Shown here: positions 25,982 through 36,613 of the stretch, piece by piece
Numbering within the stretch: position 1 is the stretch's first letter
How the letters are laid out: every line of letters begins with the position of its first letter
IMG/VR virus record: IMGVR_UViG_3300038315_000952
Span: 1 to 37,487 of that record
DNA length: 37,487 nt
Reading direction: 5' to 3' (one strand)
DNA from: a virus
Lineage: Duplodnaviria; Caudoviricetes
Made by a program: the position numbers and the translations under genes
The notes under the pieces: model-generated
What the model was told of the DNA's origin: nothing
Databases searched by the model: none
The model's input: only the letters and a program-made list of their open reading frames with translations

Positions 25982-26683
25982 CTAGGTCAATGCCTGACCG
26001 CCTGTATTGGTCGTATTCGGATAATCCCCCATGCCTGTATTCGGAGATGACACTGAACTCGCCGGGTCCGCTGAATCCGAAAGAAACGACGCCCCTGTAC
26101 TTACAATGGCGCTGCCCATCAGCAATTTCGCCGTAGTCTCATTGAGCGCAATTCCCTCATCCGAGAAAGCCTTTTTTATCCGCTCCAATAAATCGAACAG
26201 CACCCGCCCACTAATTAAACTCGACGTTGCTTGCTTCGCCTTTAAGCCCACCTCAAAACGCTGAACGGCTTCATTGGCCATCCCAGGGCCATGCTGCCCC
26301 AATACCTTAGCACCTAGACCGGCACCGGCTTGTAGAGCCGCGTACTGCCGCTCCGGGGTAGCGCCGCCCTGCATAGCAACGTTTTGCTGTCTCAATATAT
26401 CCCCACCCGCAGCCCTGGCCTGCATACCCGAGAGTAAAGGGCCAGTCCGCAACCGCTCTCCTGCCGAAATCGCCCGGTTAAGCTGCTCCATTGTTTCCGG
26501 GTCTAGACGCCCCTCTTGGCTCCACCTATTCTGACCTTGTACACTCGGCGCATCCTTACCAGCATAGCCGTAGGTTGCTTCCCCGGCAAAGTCTTGCGGC
26601 AATAATGCGGTATTCCGCCCGTATTGGTTATAGCGGTCTTCCGCCGATAAGTCATCAATTGTAGGATTACCGTAAACGTCCAT
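25982..26683 (-). CDS. Probable pilot/ejection protein
   Basis: Gln/Gly/Ala-rich; GGGGAGGG RBS; follows the nozzle gene. Confidence 0.65.
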   Translation of the reverse strand: MDVYGNPTIDDLSAEDRYNQYGRNTALLPQDFAGEATYGYAGKDAPSVQGQNRWSQEGRLDPETMEQLNRAISAGERLRTGPLLSGMQARAAGGDILRQQNVAMQGGATPERQYAALQAGAGLGAKVLGQHGPGMANEAVQRFEVGLKAKQATSSLISGRVLFDLLERIKKAFSDEGIALNETTAKLLMGSAIVSTGASFLSDSADPASSVSSPNTGMGDYPNTTNTGGQALT

Positions 26684-26695
26684 AATACCCTCCCC

Positions 26696-29600
26696 TTATG
26701 GGACAATCTGTTGAGTTGTCGGCAATTTGGAGCTTGCGCCCTCTTCCTTCAATCCGACTAACAGCGCAATACTCTGAATGCGCCAATCGAAGGCGCTTAA
26801 CGCCCCCGGCTTCTCATAAAATAGAAACTGCAATGCCTTCAGTTTTTGTTTCGGGAGTTTAGCGACCAATTGAAAAACAGTCGTCCCTGCCGGAGCGCTT
26901 TTCTCAATCGCAACTAACGACCCATCATCATAATCCGTCCCCACAACGAGGAAAGGCGTTGAGGTATCCCCAAACTCACCCACGAACATAATCCGGTAAA
27001 CTCGACCAAGCCGCTGCAATGTCCCTAAGCTTATCCATCCGGTTGCAATGCTTACCCCGTAAGTTCGCGGCACTCCGTCAGCGATATCAAACCACGCCGC
27101 TGCTTGCTGTTGGTGAGCAATACCATCGACAGCTAGCCGATAATGCGTCCCATTTTGGACTATGGACCCAACACTATTCAACGAGGCCATTGGCATTATC
27201 CACCGTGCCCATTGGTCAAAGAGGTAGTTATAAATAAGTAGCTGCCGTGTCCCTTTTTGCGTAAACCGAACCTCGTGTTCTGCCTCAACAACCACCCCAT
27301 CAGCAAGATAGTTCGCGCTCGTGCTTAAAGCTGCCCCTGCCTGGTCAACATTCGATATGTACTCTTCTGCCTTTGCCCCTTTATACTCGACGGACATATC
27401 TCTGCGGGCGAGCATCAGCCCTTGCCGTGTCTGAAAAAACACGCCCTCTGGAGTTTCCACCCTGCAACCGCCCTCCAATAATCCCTGCCCCGGAGAGAAT
27501 ATGCGTAAAGGGGAGAATGACGCCCCTACACCCGCGTCATTAGGTCCCTCCCCAGAGAGGTAATAGCCATCATGTTCGCCAAATACTAAAAGGTGTTCTA
27601 AATTGGGACAAATCCCGTGTACCTTCTCTGCCCTATTCGCAACGGGCCGCACAAAAAAGTCACTAAACTCTGTTTCCACATCCTTAGCGAACTCCTTAGA
27701 AAACCAAAGGGTGTTCTCTGTTGTCGCTAAAAACACACGGCTCTTCCATAAAGCGATATCATATTGCGACGGCGGGCAGATATTCCCGAAATTGCCCCCA
27801 TTAGTGTACAGCGGCCCATTATCAGACAGTTTAGCATCTGAGAGATTGTCTACTATCGTTTGAAAGCGCTCACTCCTGTCTAAAAGAGCCTCCGCACAAC
27901 GCAGATAACCAGTTGTGATCGTCTCAGTCGCTTCCCCACCGAGGTTCAATGTCCGATAAAGTACAATTTTCACCTCTGAACGAGCACCCCAGTTTACTGC
28001 AACCGCCCTATTCGGATATTGTAACGTCGTCGCATCCTTCTTGTACGTTGCCGTCAAAGTATAGACTGATAGGGATACCTGCTTCCCGGGTGCTTCTAAC
28101 TCCTGCGTAGACACAGGGAGTGAAGGATTTGACTGCTGCACTTGCCCATTTTGGTCTGTCCATTCATAGACAGCTCTATAAGCATAATACCCTTCTAAAT
28201 CCCCGCCGCTTCCCACATCCACCCCTTGGATTTCTGGGTACCAAAAGAAGTTATCTTCTTTGAAGTAATCGCCAGAGTAATCCCACAAAATACCACCGGC
28301 AATCTTTAATGACCCATTAGCCTCGACGCTAGGCAAGTAACGGCGCGGGTCATAGTCTAACTCCCCCACACCCGCATCCATGGCAGTTAACGTCGTCCCA
28401 TTTCGGTCTATAGTCACCCCATTATATATAGATGTCCCATACCGGAACATTGTCGGTGTTTCTGTTACCACCCGAGTAACCCCATACATGAAATGGAGCC
28501 GCGCAAACTCGGAATACGTAAGAAAGCGGAAGTCCTTCTCTTGGGACCAAGGCCCTGCACCCGTCGCGGTTTTTGCGATCACCTCTCCCTGGTGGGTCAT
28601 GAGTAAACCGACCGAGTTATTAAACGCCGAAACCCCCGCATCCCCAGTACCAATACTGTTCGACCTCATTGCGTAGCCGACCCCAAACAATAGGTCTTTG
28701 CCATTCGGAGAAAAACAGTCTGTTGTTACGGTGCAACCGTGCAGATTAAGGTTCTTATCGGTAATTCCGGCGGCAGTGTTATAATCGTATGCGTTTACAA
28801 ACCATTTAGGAGCGCGGCTTCGATTATTCCCGTGGTTTGCTGAGATCGTAAGGAAAAACCGTATCATCCCATCCGCCAGAACAGCAGTGCTTCCCCCCGC
28901 TGTCCCATTCACCAAAAGATACCCTGGATTATCAGCATCCTCAAAAGCAGTTGAGACACCACCAAAAGACGCTTCTTGTTCTCCGCTAAATGCTAGGGAG
29001 AGGGCGTTATTATACACCCGTAGTTTTATCCCATTCGGTTCATCTGAAGAGCCGCCATCCCCTACTTTACTCGCGGATTGCGTATAACCGATAGAGATAT
29101 AGTCTTGGTTGCTCCCGGCCTCTCCCTCCCGAGTTACAGCTTTCAACATCAAATCACCGACTAGCTGCATACTCTGTTTAGCCGTTGCCGAAGGCCCAAC
29201 ATAGCCTTCCTCGGGGAATCCGACAGCGGTAGAACCAGGGAAAGGGAAATGCACGGCAGGAGCGAAGATTACCGGAGCGCCAGGAGCGCCAGCCTTTTCT
29301 GCGATAGCACCAGTGCCCGCGTTTACCGTAAAATAAGAAAGTCGTAGATTTTCCCCGCCACCACCGTCATCAGTTATATGGCGAAAGACACAAAGGCCAT
29401 TTGTAAGTGACGCATTATTTACCCCCTCGATAACCCAAACCGGGTACTCAACATCGACTAAAAATGTCTCACCCGGACTATTTGTCAATAATGACGGGTT
29501 TAGCGCCGCGCTTATTGCCCCCGTTGCACCCGTATCAATTGTTGTATGCTTAACTCGGCCTGAACCTACATGCACAAAGATAAAGACATACCGCCCCGAT

Positions 29601-30751
29601 GCACATACTTGCGCTCTCGGGATGTTGTACATGCTGTTACCTGTGGGGAAGACATTGATTAATGTCTTAGCGATAACCTCTGTTTTTGTAGTTTTATCAA
29701 TAACCTTTGCATAAGTTCGCCAGAATATGGCCTTGCCTACAGGGATAGTGGCCACCCCACCGGCAGGGATTACAGCAGGGTCAAATTCTACTGGCTCACT
29801 TACTTCCACGGTTGCTGTATCTTTGCTCGGGACCGCTGTTATTCGAGCAGCTTCATCGGTCCAATCAGCCTCCGTGAAGTTAAGCTCTAGCTGTCCGCCA
29901 ATACTAAAATTGTGGTCAGTCATCCCATTAAGGGTAAACCGTGGGGAGCCTGCCGGAACTGAAAACGTCCACTGGGCGTCTTTATCGTGCCCGGTCGTTG
30001 AACCAAAAGCGATCTGCACCCCATCATTTAGTGCAATCTCAGATGTACCGGGGATAGCGACCGGAGCAGGTATACCCTCCTCCTCCGCCTCGCCCGCATC
30101 CGTAAAAAACCATTTGTATGTATCCGCAGGTCCGGCATCGTCAATGATTAGGATTCTATACGTTCTTGCAACAGTCCCAGTGTACCATCCCAATGAATCC
30201 ACATCATCATTGCCGCCCCCAACAAAAACGGGGTTAGTCGGGATTGTCGAAACCTCTGGAGTAATGCCGGAGAACGTACCATCATTAAATGCCGCCTCCG
30301 TTGGGTCAACCTCAGACCACACTTGTACTTCAAAGTTATTCGCTTGCGCTATGTGGGCAGAAGTCTGGACTAGGCTCGTACCAGCTTCGATCCTATCTAC
30401 CGCGAGAGTACAGCCTGTAATCGCGCCCTTATTTACCCACTCGTCATCAACAGATGTTTTAGAATACCCATGCCGCCCATCGAAAACCACAAGCTCATCC
30501 TTATAACTTGCGATTGCCTTCCCCGCGTCCACTGTACTCGCGGTATCACCGGGGACAATAGCGGGGACAGTATTAGAGAGTTCATGGAACCCTTTACGCT
30601 TTCGTATCTCTCCGGCGAGGGTAAATTGCCCATCAGCGACCTCGTTCAATTCCCCAAAAGGCAATACTTGGTCCGCAACCTTAGTATTCATACCTTTGAC
30701 TAATGGGATTGCTACGAGCTTCTTTTCTAATGAATACGACCTTGATGCCAT
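26696..30751 (-). CDS. Tail nozzle / stabilisation protein (P22 gp10 / T7 gp12 position)
   Basis: About 1350 aa, beta-propeller-like; N-terminal GEIRKRKGF and C-terminal IATGWI..G..QRLGRV; TAATG-coupled start at 30751. Confidence 0.7.
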   Translation of the reverse strand: MASRSYSLEKKLVAIPLVKGMNTKVADQVLPFGELNEVADGQFTLAGEIRKRKGFHELSNTVPAIVPGDTASTVDAGKAIASYKDELVVFDGRHGYSKTSVDDEWVNKGAITGCTLAVDRIEAGTSLVQTSAHIAQANNFEVQVWSEVDPTEAAFNDGTFSGITPEVSTIPTNPVFVGGGNDDVDSLGWYTGTVARTYRILIIDDAGPADTYKWFFTDAGEAEEEGIPAPVAIPGTSEIALNDGVQIAFGSTTGHDKDAQWTFSVPAGSPRFTLNGMTDHNFSIGGQLELNFTEADWTDEAARITAVPSKDTATVEVSEPVEFDPAVIPAGGVATIPVGKAIFWRTYAKVIDKTTKTEVIAKTLINVFPTGNSMYNIPRAQVCASGRYVFIFVHVGSGRVKHTTIDTGATGAISAALNPSLLTNSPGETFLVDVEYPVWVIEGVNNASLTNGLCVFRHITDDGGGGENLRLSYFTVNAGTGAIAEKAGAPGAPVIFAPAVHFPFPGSTAVGFPEEGYVGPSATAKQSMQLVGDLMLKAVTREGEAGSNQDYISIGYTQSASKVGDGGSSDEPNGIKLRVYNNALSLAFSGEQEASFGGVSTAFEDADNPGYLLVNGTAGGSTAVLADGMIRFFLTISANHGNNRSRAPKWFVNAYDYNTAAGITDKNLNLHGCTVTTDCFSPNGKDLLFGVGYAMRSNSIGTGDAGVSAFNNSVGLLMTHQGEVIAKTATGAGPWSQEKDFRFLTYSEFARLHFMYGVTRVVTETPTMFRYGTSIYNGVTIDRNGTTLTAMDAGVGELDYDPRRYLPSVEANGSLKIAGGILWDYSGDYFKEDNFFWYPEIQGVDVGSGGDLEGYYAYRAVYEWTDQNGQVQQSNPSLPVSTQELEAPGKQVSLSVYTLTATYKKDATTLQYPNRAVAVNWGARSEVKIVLYRTLNLGGEATETITTGYLRCAEALLDRSERFQTIVDNLSDAKLSDNGPLYTNGGNFGNICPPSQYDIALWKSRVFLATTENTLWFSKEFAKDVETEFSDFFVRPVANRAEKVHGICPNLEHLLVFGEHDGYYLSGEGPNDAGVGASFSPLRIFSPGQGLLEGGCRVETPEGVFFQTRQGLMLARRDMSVEYKGAKAEEYISNVDQAGAALSTSANYLADGVVVEAEHEVRFTQKGTRQLLIYNYLFDQWARWIMPMASLNSVGSIVQNGTHYRLAVDGIAHQQQAAAWFDIADGVPRTYGVSIATGWISLGTLQRLGRVYRIMFVGEFGDTSTPFLVVGTDYDDGSLVAIEKSAPAGTTVFQLVAKLPKQKLKALQFLFYEKPGALSAFDWRIQSIALLVGLKEEGASSKLPTTQQIVP

Positions 30752-31077
30752 TAAAACACCCACAAGCTAACGGTACCGGCGATTGTAGCATTCAGCGTTA
30801 AAACCTGGCCCGTATTAGCATTTTCGGCTTGTTTATCATAAATGACAATTGGGCCACTTTTCCGAACGATAAGCCATCCCTGCAATATGCGCCCTAACTT
30901 ATGGGCCACCGTATTATCGCCTACCGCAAGGTTAATATCTCTGAGCAAGTGCCCGTCGAGCAACAAGCACGATTGGATAGAGCGGAAAGAGTTCTCTAGG
31001 CTATTTTGTACCCGCTCAAGTCCCCCGTCTGCTGACGTTTTTCGAACATACGGTTCAACCAATGATGTGCGAGCCAT
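30751..31077 (-). CDS. Small virion protein
   Basis: VAHKLGR...GWLIV pattern; lies between adaptor and nozzle. Confidence 0.65.
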   Translation of the reverse strand: MARTSLVEPYVRKTSADGGLERVQNSLENSFRSIQSCLLLDGHLLRDINLAVGDNTVAHKLGRILQGWLIVRKSGPIVIYDKQAENANTGQVLTLNATIAGTVSLWVF

Positions 31078-31085
31078 TACAAAGC

Positions 31086-31802
31086 CTAGTTATAAAAGTT
31101 TATATACGAGCCGCTATTTGTCCCTACTGTAACATCTACAATCTTATGGGGATGCCCCGCATCCTTACGTGGAGCCGCCCCCTCAATCCGCTTTTGTAAA
31201 TCGGTTTTCTCGGCTAACAGCATCCGCACATCCGATTCTTCTTTAAGGAGGCATCTAATCGCCGTAGCAACCACCAAATATTCCTCATAGCCTTTTGCGA
31301 CACTCTTCGCCTTAGACGCTATGTTTAGATGGTCATCTGCCCCAGCTACGTCGAATTGTTGGCACTCTGGAATATAGTGCAAAGTTACAGTCCCCGATGG
31401 AGGAGTCTCGGGGATAAACTTAATCTTATCGTCTTGGATATTGTACCGCAAAGAGGCCACATTGCCCGAAATAATCCCGGCATTGCTTTGGTACATATTC
31501 CGCTCTTGGAATGAATAGGGCTTTACAGTGTGAGTAATCCCGCCAGTGTTAAAATCGACACCAACGGCCTTATAGAAATCTGCCGGAAGTGTCCCCGGAT
31601 TATCCCCCGGTAGCGTATAGGTCTGCCCAGAGTTTACATAATAATCCTCGAAAGTGAGCACCATAATATCGTGCAATTCTGCCAGTGCGGAGTTTAGCCA
31701 TGTCCGAATTTCCAAATCCGAGACAAACGTGGAGTTTTCCATATCCGCACGTTGGCGCACCCTCGACATAAGCACAGAGAAATCGACCACGTTATTAGGC
31801 AT
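31086..31802 (-). CDS. Head-tail adaptor protein
   Basis: VRQRADM..STFVSD.E...WLN and LPADFYK motifs; GGAGGAG RBS; synteny. Confidence 0.75.
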   Translation of the reverse strand: MPNNVVDFSVLMSRVRQRADMENSTFVSDLEIRTWLNSALAELHDIMVLTFEDYYVNSGQTYTLPGDNPGTLPADFYKAVGVDFNTGGITHTVKPYSFQERNMYQSNAGIISGNVASLRYNIQDDKIKFIPETPPSGTVTLHYIPECQQFDVAGADDHLNIASKAKSVAKGYEEYLVVATAIRCLLKEESDVRMLLAEKTDLQKRIEGAAPRKDAGHPHKIVDVTVGTNSGSYINFYN

Positions 31803-31813
31803 TACACTCCTCC

Positions 31814-31842
31814 AAAAAATAGGGGGGTTTTTACACCCCCCT
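31814..31842 (-). terminator. Intrinsic terminator after the head genes
   Basis: Minus strand AGGGGGG-TGTAAAAA-CCCCCCT followed by ATTTTTT. Confidence 0.75.
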
Positions 31843-31848
31843 TAATTC

Positions 31849-32079
31849 TCAATACCCTTCTTTTTCTTCCGGGTTCCCTTGGTAGTCCATAGCAATATGA
31901 ACAAAATCCAAAAGAGCCTCGCAAGCCGCTTCTTCCTCTTCAGGAGAAAGCTTCAAGCCCATCGAACTAGCAAAAGTTCCACAGGCTGCTAGAAGAGCCT
32001 TTTTATCATCTTTATCGTCCTTGGGTTTTTTCTTACCCCCGGACAATATCATCAGAGCAAGCCCCTTTTTTTTAGGCAT
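31849..32079 (-). CDS. Small hypothetical protein
   Basis: AGGAG RBS; 76 aa. Confidence 0.7.
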   Translation of the reverse strand: MPKKKGLALMILSGGKKKPKDDKDDKKALLAACGTFASSMGLKLSPEEEEAACEALLDFVHIAMDYQGNPEEKEGY

Positions 32080-32092
32080 GGCTTAACTCCTA

Positions 32093-32464
32093 TTAGGTTA
32101 ATGAACTATTCTTCAAAAACGCAATGAACTGAACTTCTTGGTCAGCGTCAGCATCGGCAGTTACGGCATTATCGCCCTGGTCGTTAGACACGAACGAAAG
32201 CGTTTTAGCGCTTGATACATCATGCGCGGTGCATTCGATGTAACGTTCAGGCCCACCAGCCCCTACTGTTGTTGCGTGGCAATACAAAAGGTCATTGTAT
32301 TTATCACTCAGGGTGACGGTGAAAACGCCAGAGGCCATATCCGAGCAAGTAAAGCCCGTACCTTCTGAAACCGTGGCGGTTCCATTAGTGAACGAAACAC
32401 GCCCACCAATAATTACCACCTCGCGCTCTAGCGCCCTTACAGGCTTAAAATCTCTATTCGCCAT
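32093..32464 (-). CDS. Probable head decoration / minor capsid protein
   Basis: Directly after the capsid gene with a strong AAAGGAG RBS; beta-rich. Confidence 0.55.
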   Translation of the reverse strand: MANRDFKPVRALEREVVIIGGRVSFTNGTATVSEGTGFTCSDMASGVFTVTLSDKYNDLLYCHATTVGAGGPERYIECTAHDVSSAKTLSFVSNDQGDNAVTADADADQEVQFIAFLKNSSLT

Positions 32465-32490
32465 ATCTAGGCTCCTTTCCTAATTAAGGT

Positions 32491-33708
32491 TTAAGCCAAG
32501 GCAATTCGGCAATTCCAACCAGGAGCAACAGTGGCACAGTTTCCGTAAAAACCCATGCGAACCTCGTAAGCATCAGCAGAAGCTTCTCGAAGCATGTTGT
32601 TTCCATCAAGGTCTAGAATTTGCGGGGCTTCACCCAAGCTATTCAAGGACCAAGTATCTAGTTGAAGCGCCCAAGCAACATTTGGCTGACAGTTAATGTC
32701 AGGAATAACGTCAACCGTTCCAGCGGGACCGTGAATCTTCAAAGACGTAAAACCAACATTGGCATCGGAAGCCTTTAGCTTGTCATACTGGACCTTAGAC
32801 CCAAGGGCCTTTTCAAGATTTGCATAGGTAGCATAATCCACAAAAATATGACTTGGAGCCCCACCGTTACGCGCTGCCAAACTCAAGCCGTCAATCAACG
32901 CCTCTTCAATTGGCTTTGCGCTACCATCAGAACGATTGCCACCTAAGCGGCTCGTGTCCGTTGTACGATCAACACCAAAGAAAGATGTCGCGCCCGGAGC
33001 CGATGCAGGGCACCAAGCCTCTAGGCCGCTAATCTTTGCATCCAAATCGCCCGCCTGAACAAGGTGGTCTTGGTAAGCAACGTCCACGGGGGGCGCTACT
33101 GAAAAAGTTAACGACTTAAGAGTAGCAGATCGGTCAATCGCACTAATTACGCGGGTTGCGCTTCTGGCTGTACCTGGGCCGTTACCAGTTCCGTCGTTAT
33201 CGTAGAAAGCAATTTCCATCCCAACTTCAAAATTGGATACATCCTCTTCATCGATGAGAGTCATATCCGTAACAACGCCATCCGGGTTATCCTCAGTCTG
33301 GCCAATAGAACCAGAACCGTCCCGATACAGCCCAACAGCCAAAGAACGCTTAAGGCTATGAATAGCCCCGTCGATTTCCATAGTGGCGTATCGAATAAAC
33401 GCATCAGCATTGCCCTGGCTCGCCTTGATTGCCTCATGCGAGATTGACGCAAAGGAATAATCACTAACACGAGTTAAGAGGAACTGCTTCAGGCTGGAGG
33501 TTGAAGTATTGGCTTGCCCAGTGGCAAACGTAGCCGAACGTCGTTGTGGTCCGGTGGTGATAATCGGCATTGGCATATTCTCGCCGCCGAATTTCGTGTA
33601 TTTGGGGATTAGAGCAAGGAGAGGGTTATTCTTATAAACCATCTCTTTGATTCGTTGGGGTTTGTAGTGTTCTTTGAGAGCTTCGGTAACTGCTGTAGTT
33701 AAGGCCAT
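32491..33708 (-). CDS. Major capsid protein
   Basis: 405 aa after portal and scaffold; LKEHY...VYKNNPLLA and YEVRMGFYGN...APGWN HK97-like termini. Confidence 0.88.
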   Translation of the reverse strand: MALTTAVTEALKEHYKPQRIKEMVYKNNPLLALIPKYTKFGGENMPMPIITTGPQRRSATFATGQANTSTSSLKQFLLTRVSDYSFASISHEAIKASQGNADAFIRYATMEIDGAIHSLKRSLAVGLYRDGSGSIGQTEDNPDGVVTDMTLIDEEDVSNFEVGMEIAFYDNDGTGNGPGTARSATRVISAIDRSATLKSLTFSVAPPVDVAYQDHLVQAGDLDAKISGLEAWCPASAPGATSFFGVDRTTDTSRLGGNRSDGSAKPIEEALIDGLSLAARNGGAPSHIFVDYATYANLEKALGSKVQYDKLKASDANVGFTSLKIHGPAGTVDVIPDINCQPNVAWALQLDTWSLNSLGEAPQILDLDGNNMLREASADAYEVRMGFYGNCATVAPGWNCRIALA

Positions 33709-33743
33709 AATTTCCTCGCTATAAGGGCGAGAAAACTACAAGT

Positions 33744-34646
33744 TTAAATCTCGCCGCGCATAATAGCAGCCGCTCTAGCAAGTGACTCTTCCCTCGATAA
33801 AAGTTCTTCGTCACGCGCAGGCGTCTGCGACGTTAATTGATTAGACAATGTTTTCGGCCTGGGATTTCCCGTTGCTCGCTGGCTAGGCTTAACGTCTTGC
33901 GCTGTCTCTGGCTCAGGTTGCCAGTGTCCCTTATATCTGTCTCTCAGCTTGCTACTTTTAAAGTAACGTTCGGCTTCCTTCTCATAATACTGTTCCACCA
34001 GATTAGCCGCTTGATCGTACTCAAGCACGGTCCCATCATGCGCGAATTGTTCTTGCATAACTTCGTAAACAGTCTGATACGCATTATTAGCCTTAATCAG
34101 CTCATATTTAGGATTATTCTCGACGAATTCGGATATTTTGTCAATAAATCCTTTATACGTAGTCTCATATTCGGTCTTTTTCTCCTGGTTTTCTCGGTCT
34201 TCTATGCCTTTTCGGTTTATTTCCTTCAAAGCAGCGATTTCTTTAGCTTGCTGGGCAACCACATCCTCGATGGAAGCATTCCCGTCGTTAATAACCCGGC
34301 GAGTTAGAGCGTCGTAATTAATACCAAACTTATCCAAGAACTTTATTGGGTCGGCACTCGCCATTTCTTGAAGGCTCTCTAGTTCAGTAGCCTTTTTCTT
34401 TATTCCCTTAAACTCCTGTTTTTCTTCTCTAAATCGGCGCTCTTGTCGGGCCAAATTTGCGAATTGCCGAGAAAACGCAGCTCGTTCAGCTCCGTTTTTA
34501 GGCTCTTCCACCACTTCACCCTCATTTGAAGCGGGTTCTTGGACTGCTGTCCCACTTTTAATAGGTTCCGTAACTTCCGTAGGAGTCTCATCCGCCCCCC
34601 TTTGGGATTGTTCCATTATCTCACTCGCTAATACTTCTTCAGCCAT
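33744..34646 (-). CDS. Capsid scaffolding protein
   Basis: Acidic N-terminus and coiled coil; lies between portal and capsid; AAGGAG before ATG 34646. Confidence 0.75.
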   Translation of the reverse strand: MAEEVLASEIMEQSQRGADETPTEVTEPIKSGTAVQEPASNEGEVVEEPKNGAERAAFSRQFANLARQERRFREEKQEFKGIKKKATELESLQEMASADPIKFLDKFGINYDALTRRVINDGNASIEDVVAQQAKEIAALKEINRKGIEDRENQEKKTEYETTYKGFIDKISEFVENNPKYELIKANNAYQTVYEVMQEQFAHDGTVLEYDQAANLVEQYYEKEAERYFKSSKLRDRYKGHWQPEPETAQDVKPSQRATGNPRPKTLSNQLTSQTPARDEELLSREESLARAAAIMRGEI

Positions 34647-34669
34647 GTCTCTCTCCTTGTGTGTCAAGT

Positions 34670-36577
34670 TTATTGCATTCCTGCTATTGCATCTGTTCCC
34701 GGCGGCGGTAATGCCCCCATTTCACCCGGAGGTGCCCCCTCTTCTGGTAGTGCTAACCCCTGTTCTGGTAATGGCCCGCCCTCCATAGGCATCTCGCCCG
34801 GAGCACCGCCCGGAGCCACTTGCGGAGCACTCGCCTCGGCCAAAGCCTGTTGATTAGCCTGCTCTGCCATTTTACGCATCTCCATTACCCTAATTGCATC
34901 ATCCATATAGCGCCTAAGCAATTCGAGCCGTTCTTCTGGAACGTTGTCCACTTTTGCGCGTAAATATGCCGATTGAATCCGCTGAACAGCAAATTCGAGA
35001 TTAGAGAATGTTTCAGGGGGGTGATAATGACCCTTTTCAACCATTTCTTCGATTAAAAGGTCCACATCATCAACAAAAGCCGTAGCTAATTGGTTTACCG
35101 CCTCCAAATCGGGGAAATCCAAGAGCGCACGGGCTTCTGTAGGATTCAACAGCCCTGTTTGAGCCATCTCCTGAATCGTTTGAAGTCTGGCCGCCGGAGT
35201 AGTCGATAATAGTGCCGTCGGATAAATCTGCATAACGTACTGGTCTTCTTCAAGGTCAATCTCTTTCCACTCAATCCGCTCAATATACTTATCACCATGA
35301 CTAATCACACCGTAGCTATCACCTCGTTTCGAGATATCCCTAGCGAGGTCAATCATTAACCGCGATGCAGTTAAGAAGAGATTCTCATACCCCTGAGCGA
35401 CCAACATAAAACGCTCGGATTGAATGTCGGAGAACTCACGGATAGCAACGCCAGAATCCAAACCAGCAGGTTTTTTCGCCTGGGCAGCCATCTCCGAAAT
35501 ACCAGCAACCTCATAAGCACGACCAAATAAGCGGTCCAAATGAGAGAACACCTCCCCCGTAGTCGTTCTAGGCACATGGAAGTCAGGCTTGGTCCCCGTG
35601 TACTCGATTACACCCCAAACCTCATTGTTGATATGAGCCTTGGATATCTTCGACCCCGCTTCAATAAATACCTTGGGCGTCGCCAAGTGCATCTGTTCCT
35701 GAATCCGATTAAGGAGCTTATTAATCTCTACCTGCACACCTAGCAGTTGTTCGGCCAAGCCTTGGCCCCAAAATCCAAGCAGATTCTCAGTCCAACGAAT
35801 AAAGACGAAGGGGAAAAAATCTTTATCATAAGTCTCATCCATAAGGGTAACGTTGTCCAAACATATGCAGTGGCGACCATCACCGGCATCTTTTCGAGAA
35901 GCCAAATGCCAAGCCTCCACGCACTCCACTTGATTCGACGTAGACCCCTCGGAGTGATTATCATACTCTGCCTTCGACGCGTTTAAGATCTCTTTTTCAA
36001 ACTCCGGGTATGCCGCAATCAACACCTCCCGAGAGATAACCTTGCGCTGGAACATCTGCCGGGGCTTGCCATAGAAGCTCTCTGCATCATCCACCACTAT
36101 CTCATTAGGGAAAATACGTTCCGCGACAACACGTTCGCCATCCTCGTAAATCTTCATAACCCCAGTGCCGAATACAGACGCATCTAAGAAGACCTTGGGA
36201 GCTACCATATAGATATCGGTGGCGTAAAACTGCCCATTCACGAACTTATCAAGCAACTTGGCCCTGCGCTTCAAAGAGTAGTTGCCCCCAGAGGTTAGAA
36301 ACGTGACCTTGGGCCGATTCTTCGCAATCTTACTCGTGACTGTCGTACACATTGAATGAACAATGTTTAACGTCACATCGTTAGAACGCGACCCGCTTCG
36401 CCGTGAATAACTAGCCTGCGTTAAACCATTCGTGTTCGTGTTCGAGAATAGACGCATCCAATTAAGGTTATCGTCGGCCCGGTGACTCTGGTCATCGGCC
36501 AGCGTCTTTATTGAAGAGAATACATCCTCGTGAATATCAGAACCCTTTTGCCACCAGAATTCATTCGCCTTATACAT
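34670..36577 (-). CDS. Portal protein
   Basis: 635 aa directly after terL; FGTGVMK, FWGQGLAEQL and SGVAIRE motifs; Pro/Gly/Met-rich tail. Confidence 0.88.
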   Translation of the reverse strand: MYKANEFWWQKGSDIHEDVFSSIKTLADDQSHRADDNLNWMRLFSNTNTNGLTQASYSRRSGSRSNDVTLNIVHSMCTTVTSKIAKNRPKVTFLTSGGNYSLKRRAKLLDKFVNGQFYATDIYMVAPKVFLDASVFGTGVMKIYEDGERVVAERIFPNEIVVDDAESFYGKPRQMFQRKVISREVLIAAYPEFEKEILNASKAEYDNHSEGSTSNQVECVEAWHLASRKDAGDGRHCICLDNVTLMDETYDKDFFPFVFIRWTENLLGFWGQGLAEQLLGVQVEINKLLNRIQEQMHLATPKVFIEAGSKISKAHINNEVWGVIEYTGTKPDFHVPRTTTGEVFSHLDRLFGRAYEVAGISEMAAQAKKPAGLDSGVAIREFSDIQSERFMLVAQGYENLFLTASRLMIDLARDISKRGDSYGVISHGDKYIERIEWKEIDLEEDQYVMQIYPTALLSTTPAARLQTIQEMAQTGLLNPTEARALLDFPDLEAVNQLATAFVDDVDLLIEEMVEKGHYHPPETFSNLEFAVQRIQSAYLRAKVDNVPEERLELLRRYMDDAIRVMEMRKMAEQANQQALAEASAPQVAPGGAPGEMPMEGGPLPEQGLALPEEGAPPGEMGALPPPGTDAIAGMQ

Positions 36578-36593
36578 TACAGAATCTCCCTAA

Positions 36594-36613
36594 AGTGTTT
36601 CACGTGAAACACT
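36594..36613. promoter_or_regulatory. parS: Second parS site (core 36596-36611) within a 20-bp perfect palindrome
   Basis: AGTGTTTCACGTGAAACACT in the terL-portal intergenic gap. Confidence 0.8.

Noticed and set aside
18025-30506. Long + strand ORFs (e.g. 18227..18883, 21742..22368, 29727..30506)
   Set aside because: They are antisense shadows of the structural genes, with no RBS or recognisable motifs.
32062-32079. Third -1 frameshift at A_AAA_AAG in the 31849..32079 gene
   Set aside because: It sits at codons 3-5 and the -1 frame stops within about 10 codons, so no useful product results.
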